From: Cyanophora paradoxa CCMP329
Taxonomy: Eukaryota > Plantae > Glaucophyta
DNA length: 54,003 nucleotides
Assembly (NCBI GenBank): GCA_004431415.1
Contig: QPMI01000566.1
Span: 1 to 54,003, forward strand
Direction: 5' to 3'
The translations under genes and the position numbers were made by a program. Under the pieces are notes generated by a model, which made no database searches, was not told where the DNA came from, and saw only the letters and a list, made by a program, of their open reading frames with translations. Each line of letters opens with the position of its first letter. Position 1 is the first letter of the stretch. Of the stretch, positions 21,933-33,700 are shown piece by piece.

Positions 21933-24900
21933 TTAATTAAAAGGAACAGAATTAATACCATCTGGTAAGATGTATCTCTTTGCATCAAAGCAGTTTAGGG
22001 CAACCCTTCTACTCACGGTATCTATTATTGTGTGATCTGCCCTTCTCTTCTGCTTTGCAGTCACAGTCTTGCTGATACCTGCAAATAAACACTGCTTAAA
22101 ATCATTAAATTGGAGTTCCTCAGTGGAAGTCCCAGAGAGCTTACTCCTCTCAATCTCAGCAGTTCTGAAACTGTAAACTTTTGCTCTCAGACCTACATAC
22201 TCCAATATTGCAGAGCCAGGCATTTCATTTTTGTATTTACCTGGGGTCATTCTGTTAGATCCCCCTAGGTCCAAGGCATAAGATATATTCTCTATATCTT
22301 TTTGTAAGGTCTTAGATTCAATATATAGACAGAAGGAGTCAGTATCATGGAATAGTAACTTTGCTTTTGTCCATTGGGACCTTACAGTATCATAGAAGAA
22401 CTGGTAATTATGCAGTTTGGCTGCATCCAAAACATAAGCCCCAATTGCAACAGGCTTATCTAGTTTCACATGCTTTGTGTAAAACTCAAAGGCAACTGCT
22501 TTTTCGTTTATGGACTTGTTGATTTCACCAATGGGGAAGCTGCATATTTCATAAACAGTTTCTCACTGTTTGCAATCTTAACCACAGATCTACCTCTGCA
22601 AGATTCAATGCATTTCCCATAGATTGAGTTATTCATGAGTTTATAGAAATCAGCCTCGAATTTATTCACTGCTTTCCTTCTCATCTCAGTATTCAGCTCA
22701 ATGTAGGGTTTCATTACAGGAGCCACAGTAAATGAGAGGACCCTGTGAATTTTCTTTAATTTCACACCTTTGTCCAACAGATATTGCAGAAGAGGCTCAG
22801 AAATCACATAGTTTGCCACAGAACCAAAGGTTGCAGTTAGCTTAGGGGTCTTATCAAGCTCTTCTCCTGAAAGATCCAACAGGCTCTTTTGATATTGTGA
22901 TAATTCCGCATATTCTACTATTTTCTTGTTAATAATTAGGGGGAAATCACTGTGGTCTAGATATAGCCTTATTGGGTATTCCAGATCAACTTCCAGGAAA
23001 CTGGATCTGTTATCTTGTGGGTTGAATTCGGTCTCCCATCTAAAATCACCAACTGGAATTGGCTGACTCAAACAGTAGCCATACAAGTTGTTAGCATCAA
23101 ACAGCATAATGTGGGAGTTCTCACCATCAGCCTCAGCATACCTACAAGGCATTGTTGCAAAGCCACCCCTGATTCCCTCTCAACAAATTCGTATTGCTCT
23201 ACATCACTTATAAGCTCTATTTTTGCCTCGGTGGTCCTAAGCATAGCATCCCAAGATAACCCAGGTGCAGATACATAATGAACTGGGTCAAGTCCATATA
23301 CTGAGTGTGAAAGCCTTCTGAAGGCTTGGAATTTGTTCATTAACTCATCTACATCAGCAGCTCCAAAATCCATGAAATTGCTTGCATCAATGAACTTGTA
23401 AAGACCCCATTGCAATGAAAGGTATTGATCAAAGTTTTTCGAAAGGATTTCGATTCGCTTTTTATCACCCATGCCTGCTATTTTTCTGAAAATGAATGTC
23501 CCACAGTCATCCATTTGGTCAACAACTACTGCAACTTTGGTTTGCTTTGAGATTCTCCTATGGAGATTGCAGTTTCTGCATGCAGGAGCAATATAATGAC
23601 CTGTGTGGTGATCATGATCCCTGCATTTGAAGTTCTCCTTAGTGAACCTCTCACTGCAAAGGTAACAGTGTTTGGTAGCTCTGTAAATTGCTTTCTGCTC
23701 ATCTGTGAGTTCATTCATAGGAATGTTGGTAAACAGGAAATCGATTAGTTCTCTTGCTTTGGACTCCAAGCATTCAAAGAGACCTCCCATTGGATCCTGA
23801 CCCTCAAATCGAAACTCCTGAACATCTGCCCCAGTGACTACTCTCAGGTTGACTGCTGAGACTTCCCTCTTAGATTTTGATGCATCAATGGGGATGCTTC
23901 TATGTTCAATCTTGCAGTAAACCACAACAGGAAGCCAAACAGTTTTCCTGAGTTTTTCAGTCCAAACTCTATGGTGGTCTCAGGTTTTGGTGTGATTCCC
24001 TTTGAGAGTCTCCAATCAATGCATCTATTTGAGTCCACATGAGCAGTGAGTTTAGCCTCAGACCTGAATCGAGATAAGCATGTGTCACAGTAGTGTAACT
24101 TCTGATCATTGTATGTTTCATGGTTTACTTTCAATAATCTTGAAAGGGACATGATTGTAATATAATGACCATTCCCTTCATCATCAAATATCAGCATGAG
24201 ATTAACCTTATGCTTTCTGCCTGGGTAACTGGATTGATGCAGGGGATAAACAACCTCTCCATCGATTCCGAATATATTAATGCTAATGCCTGCATTTTGA
24301 GCCTCGAATTTATCAATTATTTCAGCATCACAGGCAACAGGGAATGGGATATTGTCGAAATTGAGAGCCAGCGGATTATAAGCGATTGCTGAGTATTTCC
24401 ATTTGCGATATTGTAAAAGCTCATTCCTCTTATGGGAGTTAATAGATTTTCTGTAAATCGAGGCTAAAATCGCATTTTCGAAGCAGGAATCATCTATATT
24501 TCGAATATTCACTGTGGCTCTCTTCCTAGCAATCCACTCTGGGGTTTGTAGAAAGCATCCACCAGTTGGAGCATAACTCATAATAGCCACTCTGAGTATT
24601 TCAATTCTTTCTAAGCGATAGCTATCAACCACATTCATCTGCTCCTGACACATTTGGGCTGCTTTATTCAGCTCAGTTCGAATATTTCTCGACCTGGTTA
24701 ATACAAAGTAATCACTGTAAATGTATTTCGATATCCAAACCTGTGGATTGCTCACTTTAACGAACTTGCAGATAAAAGACAAGCGAACCTTGATTGCCCT
24801 GAATTGATCTAAACCCTGCTTTAATCGATTTGGAAGGGATGTAGCAATTCTATCCAGGAATTCAATCACATCTACAACAACTTCCCTTCTGGCTCTGTAT

Positions 24901-25200
24901 GTGAGCCAGCGATATAATTCATTCATGGCTGTTCCATCTTCTGCCTCTGGTTCTATTTGCCTAAGCCTATCCAGTTCATCCAAGGTTTCAATTTTATCAT
25001 ATAGGTTATTTGCTTTTCTGGTTAATCTGCTTAAAGTGGGTCTGCCCCTTGCAATTAAATCTATTTCCCGGTCATATTCAGCCTCTGTTATTTCATGGGC
25101 TGCATATAGTGTTCCCAGCAATCCCATGAGTTCCCATTTCTTCTCCCTTATGAGTTTGTTGGTAATTCGGGCATTATTCCTAACTTGTTCCTATTCTAAG
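21933..25200 (-). CDS. polB: Polinton-type (protein-primed family) DNA polymerase B; four ORF pieces
   Basis: DANNLYG (motif A), KLMNNSIYGK (B), HDTDS (C), GLRAKVY; YGLDPVHYVSAPGLSWDAML; embedded Endo VII-like CYLC..RDHDHHTG..CRNCN; N-terminal TPEWIARKRATVNIRNIDDSCF. Confidence 0.9.
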
Positions 25201-25234
25201 GGGATATTTTATTTTAGGATGTTCTAAACGCAAT

Positions 25235-25584
25235 TTAAAATGTTTTAATGGATCCATTGGCTTCCTCTGAATGAAATCGCAAAAACCTATTAATCCTAAA
25301 TCGAGATTTCGGTTTTTGTAGATTGACTATCCAAGGTTCAAAGAGATACATGTAATATGCTTCTCTGTTCATAAGGTCTTCATGCCCACCCTTCTTAGTT
25401 GAATAAAGGACTGAAAACCTCACATCAGAAGCCTTGCATAGGTCTGCTGTAGATGGCATTTGACCTGATTTGTGTTGTCTCCATCTTTTTGTAGTGGCTG
25501 TGAGGTTCTCCCTATATAAACTTTATTCAATTCTTCACTCTCAATCATATAGATCGATCCAGAATCATGATCTGTTCCAGCCAT
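25235..25584 (-). CDS. GIY-YIG endonuclease (one frameshift; ~116 aa)
   Basis: MAGTDHDSGSIYMIESEELNKVYIGRTSQPLQKRWRQH joins ORF 25235-25459 (..LMNREAYY..IVN) if one A is restored in an A-run. Confidence 0.8.
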
Positions 25585-25634
25585 TTCTTACTACTTACAT
25601 ATAAATATATTTTTCTATCTCTTAAATCATTTTT

Positions 25635-25820
25635 GGTTGACTTAGTGGGTGGAGTTGAGGCACTTTTTATTTCTTTTTAGGGCAGAGTCCTTTTTTAGAA
25701 TCTGTGAAAAAATGAGTCAACTCCCCCCACTTAGTCAACCTAATCGATAAATAAACCATAAATAAAAGACTGTTTGGGTCTTTTATGATAAATTTGAGTC
25801 AACCATGAGTCCACTTTTGA
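25635..25820. promoter_or_regulatory. Internal iteron palindrome, putative replication origin directly downstream of the primase-helicase
   Basis: GGTTGACTTAGTGGG..GAGTTGA ... TCAACTCCCCCCACTTAGTCAACC then GAGTCAACCATGAGTCCACTTT; same layout as 19421-19610. Confidence 0.6.
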
Positions 25821-25826
25821 GTAAAC

Positions 25827-28419
25827 CTAAACTTCAACATCAGAATCATAATCTGATGCATCAGGATCAGCAGCAGGTAGGTCCTGTTTCATCCTTGGAT
25901 TAGCTTCTTCCTCAATAGTCTCATCATCTACAAGCTTCATCTTTCTGAATTCCTCAAATACTTGTTGGAATAGGAAATGATAGTATTGTTTGCCATTTGT
26001 AGTTTTCACTTGGATATATGTAACACTTCTCATTTCAGTATAATATCGGCGACTATTATAATCGTTTTTATATTTATTGCTGGTAATAAACTCCTGGAAC
26101 CACTTCCAGGTTTCCACAAGGCTACCAGACTTGCATTTATTCTCGGAAATTAAGCCTCGATCCACAAGCCACTTAGTGAACATAAGAATGATTGGAGCGC
26201 ACACCTGTTGGGCTAAATAGTATTTATTTGTAAGGGGTCTATCAGCAATCCAGTTCACATCCTCACAGTCAACTTTGGTTCTCAAATAGTGGGCAATGTT
26301 TCGAATATTGCAGTGATCATTTAGCCATTTTACAAGTGGAAGGAAGTATGACCTATCCTTTGCGAATTTCTTACTAACTTCAACAACCACAAATCGCCTA
26401 TCTCCAGCTTCAATTTTCACTGGAATGTTGTTATTGCTGGTGAATATAATCCTGGCAAAGTTGCTTTTTGTGTATGAATCTATCCCTTTGTGTTCAATTA
26501 CAATCTTATCAGAAGTTATGAGATCTTTGAGCATATCATTATTTTCGAATGTGTCCTTGCCTGAGGCTTCATTCACAACAATCAAGATCTTATCCTCTCT
26601 ATTGTGGGCAAATCGACCAAACAGATCCTCTTTTGGCTTTCCAGTTGCATAACTTAGGGCATCTCCAAGTATCTTCTTTTGGAAAGTATCAACCAACACA
26701 TTTTTACCAGTTCCCTGCTCACCAATGAAGATTAAGGATACTCCATTGAGTTCCCAGGCTTTTGCAGCATGTGGGCAAACCATTTCAACAGATATTCATA
26801 GGTATTTTGATCCTCACCAGACATTAAGAACAAGTGATCTAGGAAAGGCTTAATCATCTCAGCAGTTACATCCTCTGGAGCATTTTCGAATTGCTGATGG
26901 TCGACCTTCATTCCTGGATAGAGATTAAATACAGACTTGCATTTTGCACTGAGAGAAGCAGGAGGGGAAGGAAATCCATGTAAGTTGATCTTGTGGCTGT
27001 TGGATCCACAATCCATTTCCTAAATGATTGCTCCCATTTCTCTTTCTCATTATCTGTTCCCTCATTGACAATCACCTTATGCATCAAATGGGGGAAATGC
27101 TTTGTAGAGAGCTTCCCAATATCTTTGGGCATCCAGCAAAGTAGTTGTTCATCCCAGAGCATCACACAACCAACATTTTCAACATGATGCATTCGAGCAT
27201 TGAAATACCTCTTATGCACATTGTAATGTTCAGCCAAAGGAGGGATACTTGCAGTCTTGTAATCGATTTCATCTGTGTCCTCTGGTAGGAATGCATACTT
27301 TTTGGGGAAGAGTTCCTTGAAAAGCTCATTGTTATCTTTGCTCAACCAATAAACCAAGGATTTGAAGGTCAACACTTTGCCAGGCTCAGCCTTCTTCTTG
27401 CTTCTGCGAAGCTGTGTAAACTTCTCCTGGCATTCATCATAATCATACTTGTCACTCTGTTCTGAGAATTGGTGGAAGAGTTCAGCTTGCATTTTAGGGG
27501 TGAACTTGTTGTCTTCCCCAACATTGATGATGACCAGTCCTACATCAATCCAAGTTTTATACTCATTAGCTCTCTCACCATTTAGACCCATTATAACACT
27601 TTGTAGCAGTTCGAAAGTAACAGGATTTTCGGGTTCAGTGTCTTTTTCAGCTTCTACCTTCTCAGTCTTCACTTTATCACTTTTTGGCTCCTTTTTAACT
27701 GGTTTTGGCTCAGGGCTATAATTTGCGAATGCAGAAATATTCGATTCATCCACAAGTTTAGTAGAAGCTGAGAAGAAAGATACAAAGAAGTCCTCATTTC
27801 GCATTAACACTTTGTCACAGTCAACGAATTTCTTAAAGCAAACGTTTTTATCAACATCTTTCTTTGATTTATTTTGAGCATCGAGAGTCTCACCTTTGCA
27901 GCAATTGAGGCAGATAAGGTTCTGTGTGGAGCTGTAAACTCCACTGTCATAATCCTCATTTTTCACCAATCCCATAGCTTTGAAAAGCTTGGGGATATCT
28001 TCATGTTTGCATGCAAGCGATTTAATGATAAAGTGGGCTGAGATCTTGAACTTAATACCATCCTCCTTGATCAAATGGACCTTTCTATGGCGAACTGCAA
28101 CAGCAATATCGTTAATTGAAGTGGTCCCAGATCGCTTCCATAACTTATCTCTCATCTCTCTTACAACAGTTTCCGCCTCAGCATAATTATCAGCAATGTT
28201 CTCCTTCAAATCAACGAATCTATCCAGGTCCAGGTAAACTCTGGTGACTTGTTCAGGCTGAATGCATTCAGCCCAGGTCTTAACCTTGCTATTATCAATT
28301 GCTTCAAGGGCATCTTCAGCAGAATCAAATACATGGGTGACCTTGTTGCGATCACCAATGAGAGTACTAAGGAATGTAGCATTTTCAACAGGGGTGGCGA
28401 ATTTCTCGATTTTGTTCAT
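25827..28419 (-). CDS. Primase-helicase: AEP primase + PriCT-2 + SF3 (D5-like) helicase; frameshifted near 26750-26970
   Basis: AEP motifs VYLDLD, ISAHF, DSGVY; PriCT-2-like YKTWIDVG..FHQFSEQSDKYD; helicase GEQGTGKN, VVNE, IFTSNN, DRRF. Confidence 0.88.
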
Positions 28420-28637
28420 TTTCGATTTTGGGGGACTTCTACCTTTAACAAAGAAAATAATTTCGGAAGGAGGAATTGTCTTTTATATATATCCTTTTAT
28501 TTGCCAAGTCCTTAAGTAGTTTTGGGTAGGGATACTGTCTCGATATATAGGTACAGTTTTAAAAAAGAGGGAAGAAAGCTGTCATTTTTTTGCCTCCGAT
28601 CAAATCAATTTCTACAAGATTTGGTTTGATCGAGAAT

Positions 28638-28964
28638 TTATTCTTCGATATATTTCCGAGGTCTTCCAACCGGTTTATGCTCTTTGGGTGTCTTGGGCTG
28701 TTCATCTTTCTTCTTGTGGTAATATTCCAGCGCTTTTGCCTTTTTCTGCTCGCGATATTCTTCATTTTCCCTGTATTTCCTCTGGTGTCTGAGGGCAATC
28801 TTTTTGAGTTCTTCTGGTGTGTGAACTGTAGCGGCTCCTTGGGATAATCGTTCCTCCTTCTTTTTATGATAGGCTTCGCGTTTTCTTTGGGCATCTTGCT
28901 CCCTTTTCAGTCTCAGCTTCTCTGCTTTTTCATCATCTGTGAGTATCTTGCGGATATTTGGCAT
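28638..28964 (-). CDS. Small basic protein with C-terminal AT-hook
   Basis: 108 aa, Lys/Arg-rich, ends KPVGRPRKY. Confidence 0.7.
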   Translation of the reverse strand: MPNIRKILTDDEKAEKLRLKREQDAQRKREAYHKKKEERLSQGAATVHTPEELKKIALRHQRKYRENEEYREQKKAKALEYYHKKKDEQPKTPKEHKPVGRPRKYIEE

Positions 28965-29116
28965 TTCTCTTTAATAGTAGATACGAAAATAATTTTTCCT
29001 CAATACAACCTATCTACTTTTTCTTTAAGTCATTTTTTGCGGTCAACACCAGTTCCTGTCTGTAAAGTTTTATAGCTGCCTCAGTGGCATACTGAGACCG
29101 CTTTTTCTCAATTATC

Positions 29117-29362
29117 TTATAGACCTGGGGGTCCATTGCTACTTTCAGTAGGCAAATAATATTTAATTGGTCTACCTCTGGGTCTCTGCTCCTCTTTTTG
29201 GGCTTTTCTGCGATAATAGGATGCCAAGGCTTGCTGCTTTTTATACTCTCTATATGCTGGGTCCTCTCTATATCGTTTCTGCATTGCTAGAATGTGTCTA
29301 ATAGCACCCTCAGTTAAAGGCTCATCACTGGTAAACTCGATCAAACTAATAGTGTCCTCCAT
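29117..29362 (-). CDS. Small basic AT-hook protein, paralogue of 28638-28964
   Basis: QKRYREDPAYREYKKQQALASYY aligns with QRKYRENEEYREQKKAKALEYY; contains RPRGRPIKY. Confidence 0.7.
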   Translation of the reverse strand: MEDTISLIEFTSDEPLTEGAIRHILAMQKRYREDPAYREYKKQQALASYYRRKAQKEEQRPRGRPIKYYLPTESSNGPPGL

Positions 29363-29618
29363 TTATATTCCCAGAGAAAACGTTTTCACCAGGTAAAGAA
29401 CTTCTCCTTGGATACTCCTGTTGCTCATATGTATACTCTGTGGGGTCTGCTGGCATTGACTCCACAGAAACTGTAGACCTCCTTCTCTCTCTTGCTTCTG
29501 AGGCATTATCCTCATTATCTGACATCTCAAACTCCACTGTTGTCTCACAACATCCACTGTGGCAATTGCTCACCACATGCAGACTGAACATCTCGAAGAA
29601 CTTTCGTATTATGTCCAT
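29346..29618 (-). CDS. Hypothetical protein
   Basis: Part of ORF 29346-29678; likely start MDIIRK; fills the gap in a compact gene run. Confidence 0.45.
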   Translation of the reverse strand: MDIIRKFFEMFSLHVVSNCHSGCCETTVEFEMSDNEDNASEARERRRSTVSVESMPADPTEYTYEQQEYPRRSSLPGENVFSGNINGGHY

Positions 29619-29640
29619 ATCTCTAATAAAACAGAGATAA

Positions 29641-30375
29641 TTAAAGCCAAACTCGTCTTTTATATACTGTTGGGGCAACTCCCTTTTCTACTTCAGCTTT
29701 GGTGGCACCAGGTTCAATGGTTCCCTTTTGGGTTTTTGTTTTCATTTCATCTACTGCCTGCTCATCGATTTGGGTCTCTTTCTTAGCAATAAACTGTTTA
29801 TCTGGGACACCAGTAATGCCCATTTTATAAACTTCCTTTCGAAGCATCTCCTTTAGCTTGGCTCTCTCTTTCTTCTCAGTAACATACTGCTCCAAGGCAC
29901 TTGATTTGGCTTCCAGATCTTTGAGTTTAGCAGTCATCTCATCCCATTGAGCCTTGGGAATTCGATGAATATTTTGAGTGGGAGCAGTCTTATATGTGAC
30001 TTCACCAGCCATAGACTGGATTACCTTGTCTGATTCTTTACTGAGACCCTCACCTTTGCGAGCCAGTGATAGATCTTGCAAGCCTAGACCTTTATCATCA
30101 GCAGCTCCAATAATTCGCCTGGCACCCTCAGCAACAGCCTTCATTTTCGAAGCTTCTGGTGATATATTGAGTTGGTCAGCAGTTGAACTTTGTGGGGCTT
30201 TGTCATCGACTGATTCCTCATAGGCAGCATTTAGGGGGTCTTCTTGGGGTTGTGAGGGTTTGATTTCGTTCATACCATTGAATTTCATTGGTTCAGTGTT
30301 AATAGATCCATTGTTTCCACCACCTGAATAGCCAACAGCCCCAGCTGGGATCCCTATTTTTCGTTTGGGAGGCAT
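29641..30375 (-). CDS. 244-aa hypothetical protein (possible core protein; PPKRK NLS-like start)
   Basis: Intact ORF; its start codon is also present in element A at positions 1-6. Confidence 0.7.
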   Translation of the reverse strand: MPPKRKIGIPAGAVGYSGGGNNGSINTEPMKFNGMNEIKPSQPQEDPLNAAYEESVDDKAPQSSTADQLNISPEASKMKAVAEGARRIIGAADDKGLGLQDLSLARKGEGLSKESDKVIQSMAGEVTYKTAPTQNIHRIPKAQWDEMTAKLKDLEAKSSALEQYVTEKKERAKLKEMLRKEVYKMGITGVPDKQFIAKKETQIDEQAVDEMKTKTQKGTIEPGATKAEVEKGVAPTVYKRRVWL

Positions 30376-30403
30376 TGTATCTTTATTAGAATGAGAGATA
30401 ATT

Positions 30404-31186
30404 TTATAAACCGCGTTTATATCGCATCAATTTATTGCTATGGACTTGGCTTTTCACTTCTTTGGGGGCTTCCTCTTTCTCTGGTGGTTTCAGTTCATCT
30501 TCTTTCTTTTTTGGCTTTCTGTGGAAGCGAGGAAATGGGAAGTCTTTGACAAGCTCAGCTTTATCTACAAAGTATTTAACTGAGTAGCCAGCAGAGGACC
30601 AAACGATATACTGATAGGAGTGGACATATTCTTCAAACATTTTGTAAAAGTCCTCCTTGTTTCGCATTATATTGTATTCTTCCTCTATGGCTTCAAGTTC
30701 TTTGCGATTAGCAGCACTCAGGAAAACAGCATAATCAGAATTAACTCGAATAGTGGAAGAGACTTTTCTGAGTTTCTGTGTAATGCAGATAATGGATATT
30801 TTCGAGTGTCTGCCCCTACTGTACAGAGATGACACCACCTTGTCTCTGGTTAAATCAATTATCTCATTATCAATTAAATCATCTAAAACAACACACATGT
30901 GGTTGACAGGTTCACCCTTTTCGATTTTCTCCTGCCTTTCATCCAAAAGCTTTGAAATGTAACCGGCATCCCATTTACCAAGTTCTACTGTTGCAACCTC
31001 TCTCCAGAAATGATTGAAGCTGGTCCCACTCACAACTAGGACAACATCAATAACTTTGGCATCATGTAATTGCTTTAACCAATACTTTACACATTCGCTT
31101 TTTCCCGTACAACTTTTGCCTATAAAAATGGCTCTGAAAACACCTTTAATCATTTCAGAGACATTAAACTCTTCTAAATCTTGCAT
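30404..31186 (-). CDS. A32/FtsK-like DNA packaging ATPase
   Basis: Intact 260 aa: GKSCTGKS, VVLDD, RGRHSKISIICITQ. Confidence 0.92.
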   Translation of the reverse strand: MQDLEEFNVSEMIKGVFRAIFIGKSCTGKSECVKYWLKQLHDAKVIDVVLVVSGTSFNHFWREVATVELGKWDAGYISKLLDERQEKIEKGEPVNHMCVVLDDLIDNEIIDLTRDKVVSSLYSRGRHSKISIICITQKLRKVSSTIRVNSDYAVFLSAANRKELEAIEEEYNIMRNKEDFYKMFEEYVHSYQYIVWSSAGYSVKYFVDKAELVKDFPFPRFHRKPKKKEDELKPPEKEEAPKEVKSQVHSNKLMRYKRGL

Positions 31187-31245
31187 TGTTGTAGATCTTC
31201 CTAAATAAAGACAGATAAAAATAATGCAGGGAGACTGAATATGGT

Positions 31246-32611
31246 CTATAAATTGATTCTACGAACACCTGAACCGTCTATAATGAGGAAATTATGCATT
31301 AAAGCGCGAACTTGAACATTGATTGTCTTATCTGTGGGCATGTAGAGTGTGAGGAATGAAGATGAGGAATTTGTCAGGTCAACAAATCCACTTTGAGCAA
31401 TATTTCGAATCGCCTTCTCTCCATCAATGCAGAAACTTAAACCTGAAAGGACATATTTATCTGCAACCTTATCCATGTTAGAGCATTTGAATGCATCAGC
31501 AATTAGCTCAGCACCTTTGAGTAGGGAAATTGGCTCAGTGGCATAAAGTCGTTGTCCATTAATTTCAACAGTGAAAGTAATATCTTTGGAGTTGGCATAG
31601 GTCTTAAGAACACTGTGGGAGCCATTGGATTTGTCAACAGTCTCATAATCACGAACTGAAACAAGCAGAGCATAGACAAGACCTGAGATTTGAGAGAGGT
31701 TAATTCGATTGGGCTGGGCATTGCCCTTGGCAGGGAAAGCAATGGCATCTACAAATCCAATATCAAGGGAGGGAATAGCCATGCCAGTTGTCTTAACCTT
31801 TTCAATGACAGTAGCGAAAAGCTCATCAGAAACATTAATAGCATGCATGTAAAGGCGAGGAGAAGTAATTGAAATAGCAGGGGTTGTTGCACCAAGACTG
31901 AAAGTGGTGATGTTTTGACCAACATGGGCAAGTGTAGCATTAGCAGTATCACCAAGACCATCATCTTCTGTCTTATCAGCAGCTGTCCCACCAACAACAG
32001 GGAGAGAGCGACCACCATAGGAAGTTTCAACATAACCCTTTCCAGCATCCTTAAACCAAACAGTAACAACCATTTCACCAGATAAAGCACCAAGGGAAGA
32101 TAGTGATTTAGCCAAGGCACTGGGATCTCAACGAAAAATGAGCCACCAAGTCGGTTGGTTCCATGAGCAGGGATACCATGAACCATGCCCATTGAGCGTT
32201 TCTTTTTAGCTAGTTGATCCTCCGAATAATAGACCAGGGGGAAATGAGCAAGGAAATCAGAAGGGATGTGGTAGGTGTAAGATCCATAGGTAATTTCAAG
32301 TCGCTGAACTAAAGCACCAACTGGGCGAGTGTATCCATTGCGAACTAGATCTTCACCAGCAAAAGTGATGGCTGGAAGGTCGAAAGCAAGTTCGAGTTTT
32401 CCACAGAAATTGTAGCGAGGTAGCTTGAAGGAAATGCGATTTCCAACATTATTCTCAAAAGTATTGCTGGGATTCACAACAACTAGAACTGGCTTAGACT
32501 TGGATTCGAGACCAAGCATAAGGGAGTTATCCAGGAAAAAGGCTTTCGCCTCCTCTGGGTTGTTAGGGCTTCTTTCAGCGAAAGTCTTTGAAGAGTGGAA
32601 GTGATATCCAT
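31246..32611 (-). CDS. Major capsid protein, double jelly-roll (frameshifted)
   Basis: ~455 aa with ISFKLPR..LAFDLP, GALVQRLEITYG, VEIPVPW, VEINGQRL and SFCID..QSGFVDL. Confidence 0.8.
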
Positions 32612-32664
32612 TATATTCTCTTTTATTATACTGCAACATAAAAAATCTACCAATGATCCTTAAT

Positions 32665-33671
32665 TTATGCGAAGTTTGTAATAACTGGATAGGAAGGGTG
32701 AAGCTGTGACATTCGCATCTTGAAGTATTCATAAACTGGGTCCCCAGCTGGCTCATCACCATAGCGAATTTCAAAGGTAAGATGAACAGGTTGACCCTCA
32801 AAATCAATTGGTTCATTAATAGCATTTACAATATCAACCGAGAAAGTGGATAATCCAACCTTTTTATTATAGTATTTGTAAAGTGGGTGAGCTTCTGTTG
32901 AATTGTAAACAACATGCTCACCATAGTCTTTATCAGGGACCACTATTTGTGAAAGTAACCAGTCAGAAGACCATCCCCACATTGCACCAGATCACCCAGC
33001 TCCTTTACTCTCACAAACAAAACACTGTCCCTGGTCTTCTCAGGCTCAAAAGAAGATATAATGCCATTCACGCGACCACCAGTAAAGATTCCATCAGTGA
33101 GAGCATCATAGACCTGTGATTGGATTGGGGAGTTACCATATCTTCCAGGATCAAGACCCAGCAGTCTAGCTGAACTCAACAGCTTTTGGATTGTTTGTTG
33201 GCTTGGTTCACAGCTACTGAGAAAGCCAAGTAAAATGTACTGCTGAGTGGAATATAATTCGTTTCAGTGATTCATCCCATTTGCAGCGAATGGATGGTTG
33301 GGGATTTCTGCCTTCGAATTTAGAGTTAATTACATTCACCAGTTGCTGGTGGCTTTGGATGGGGTGTTTCGACTTATAATGAATTGTTTCCATTGTTCAT
33401 AGTCAGCAGCTGGGCGAACTGTTGGAATTCCTGAGCTTCCAGCTCCAGGAGTTTGTTCAGAATAATAAATGCTAAATGCATTGTCAACTGTCACATCTCC
33501 TGCTTTGGTTTCACCACTCACCATAGGGATACTGTTATAAAATTCGGCTGAGACCAGTCTCACAGCCCTCACATTCTCATAACTACTGGGGAGTCTAGCC
33601 ACAAAGCTTGATGTGGGACCATCACCAGAGATTGTATTAAATGAGCTAACCTCGATGTAATCCACAGGCAT
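32665..33671 (-). CDS. Minor capsid (penton)-like protein 1
   Basis: Homologue of 2286-3286. Confidence 0.7.
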
Positions 33672-33700
33672 TCTTCTTTTATCTATATTTATATATTAAA

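Noticed and set aside
21933-28419. Programmed frameshifting or introns explaining split PolB and helicase
   Set aside because: Similar single-base breaks occur throughout and differ between homologous copies; sequencing error is the simpler explanation.
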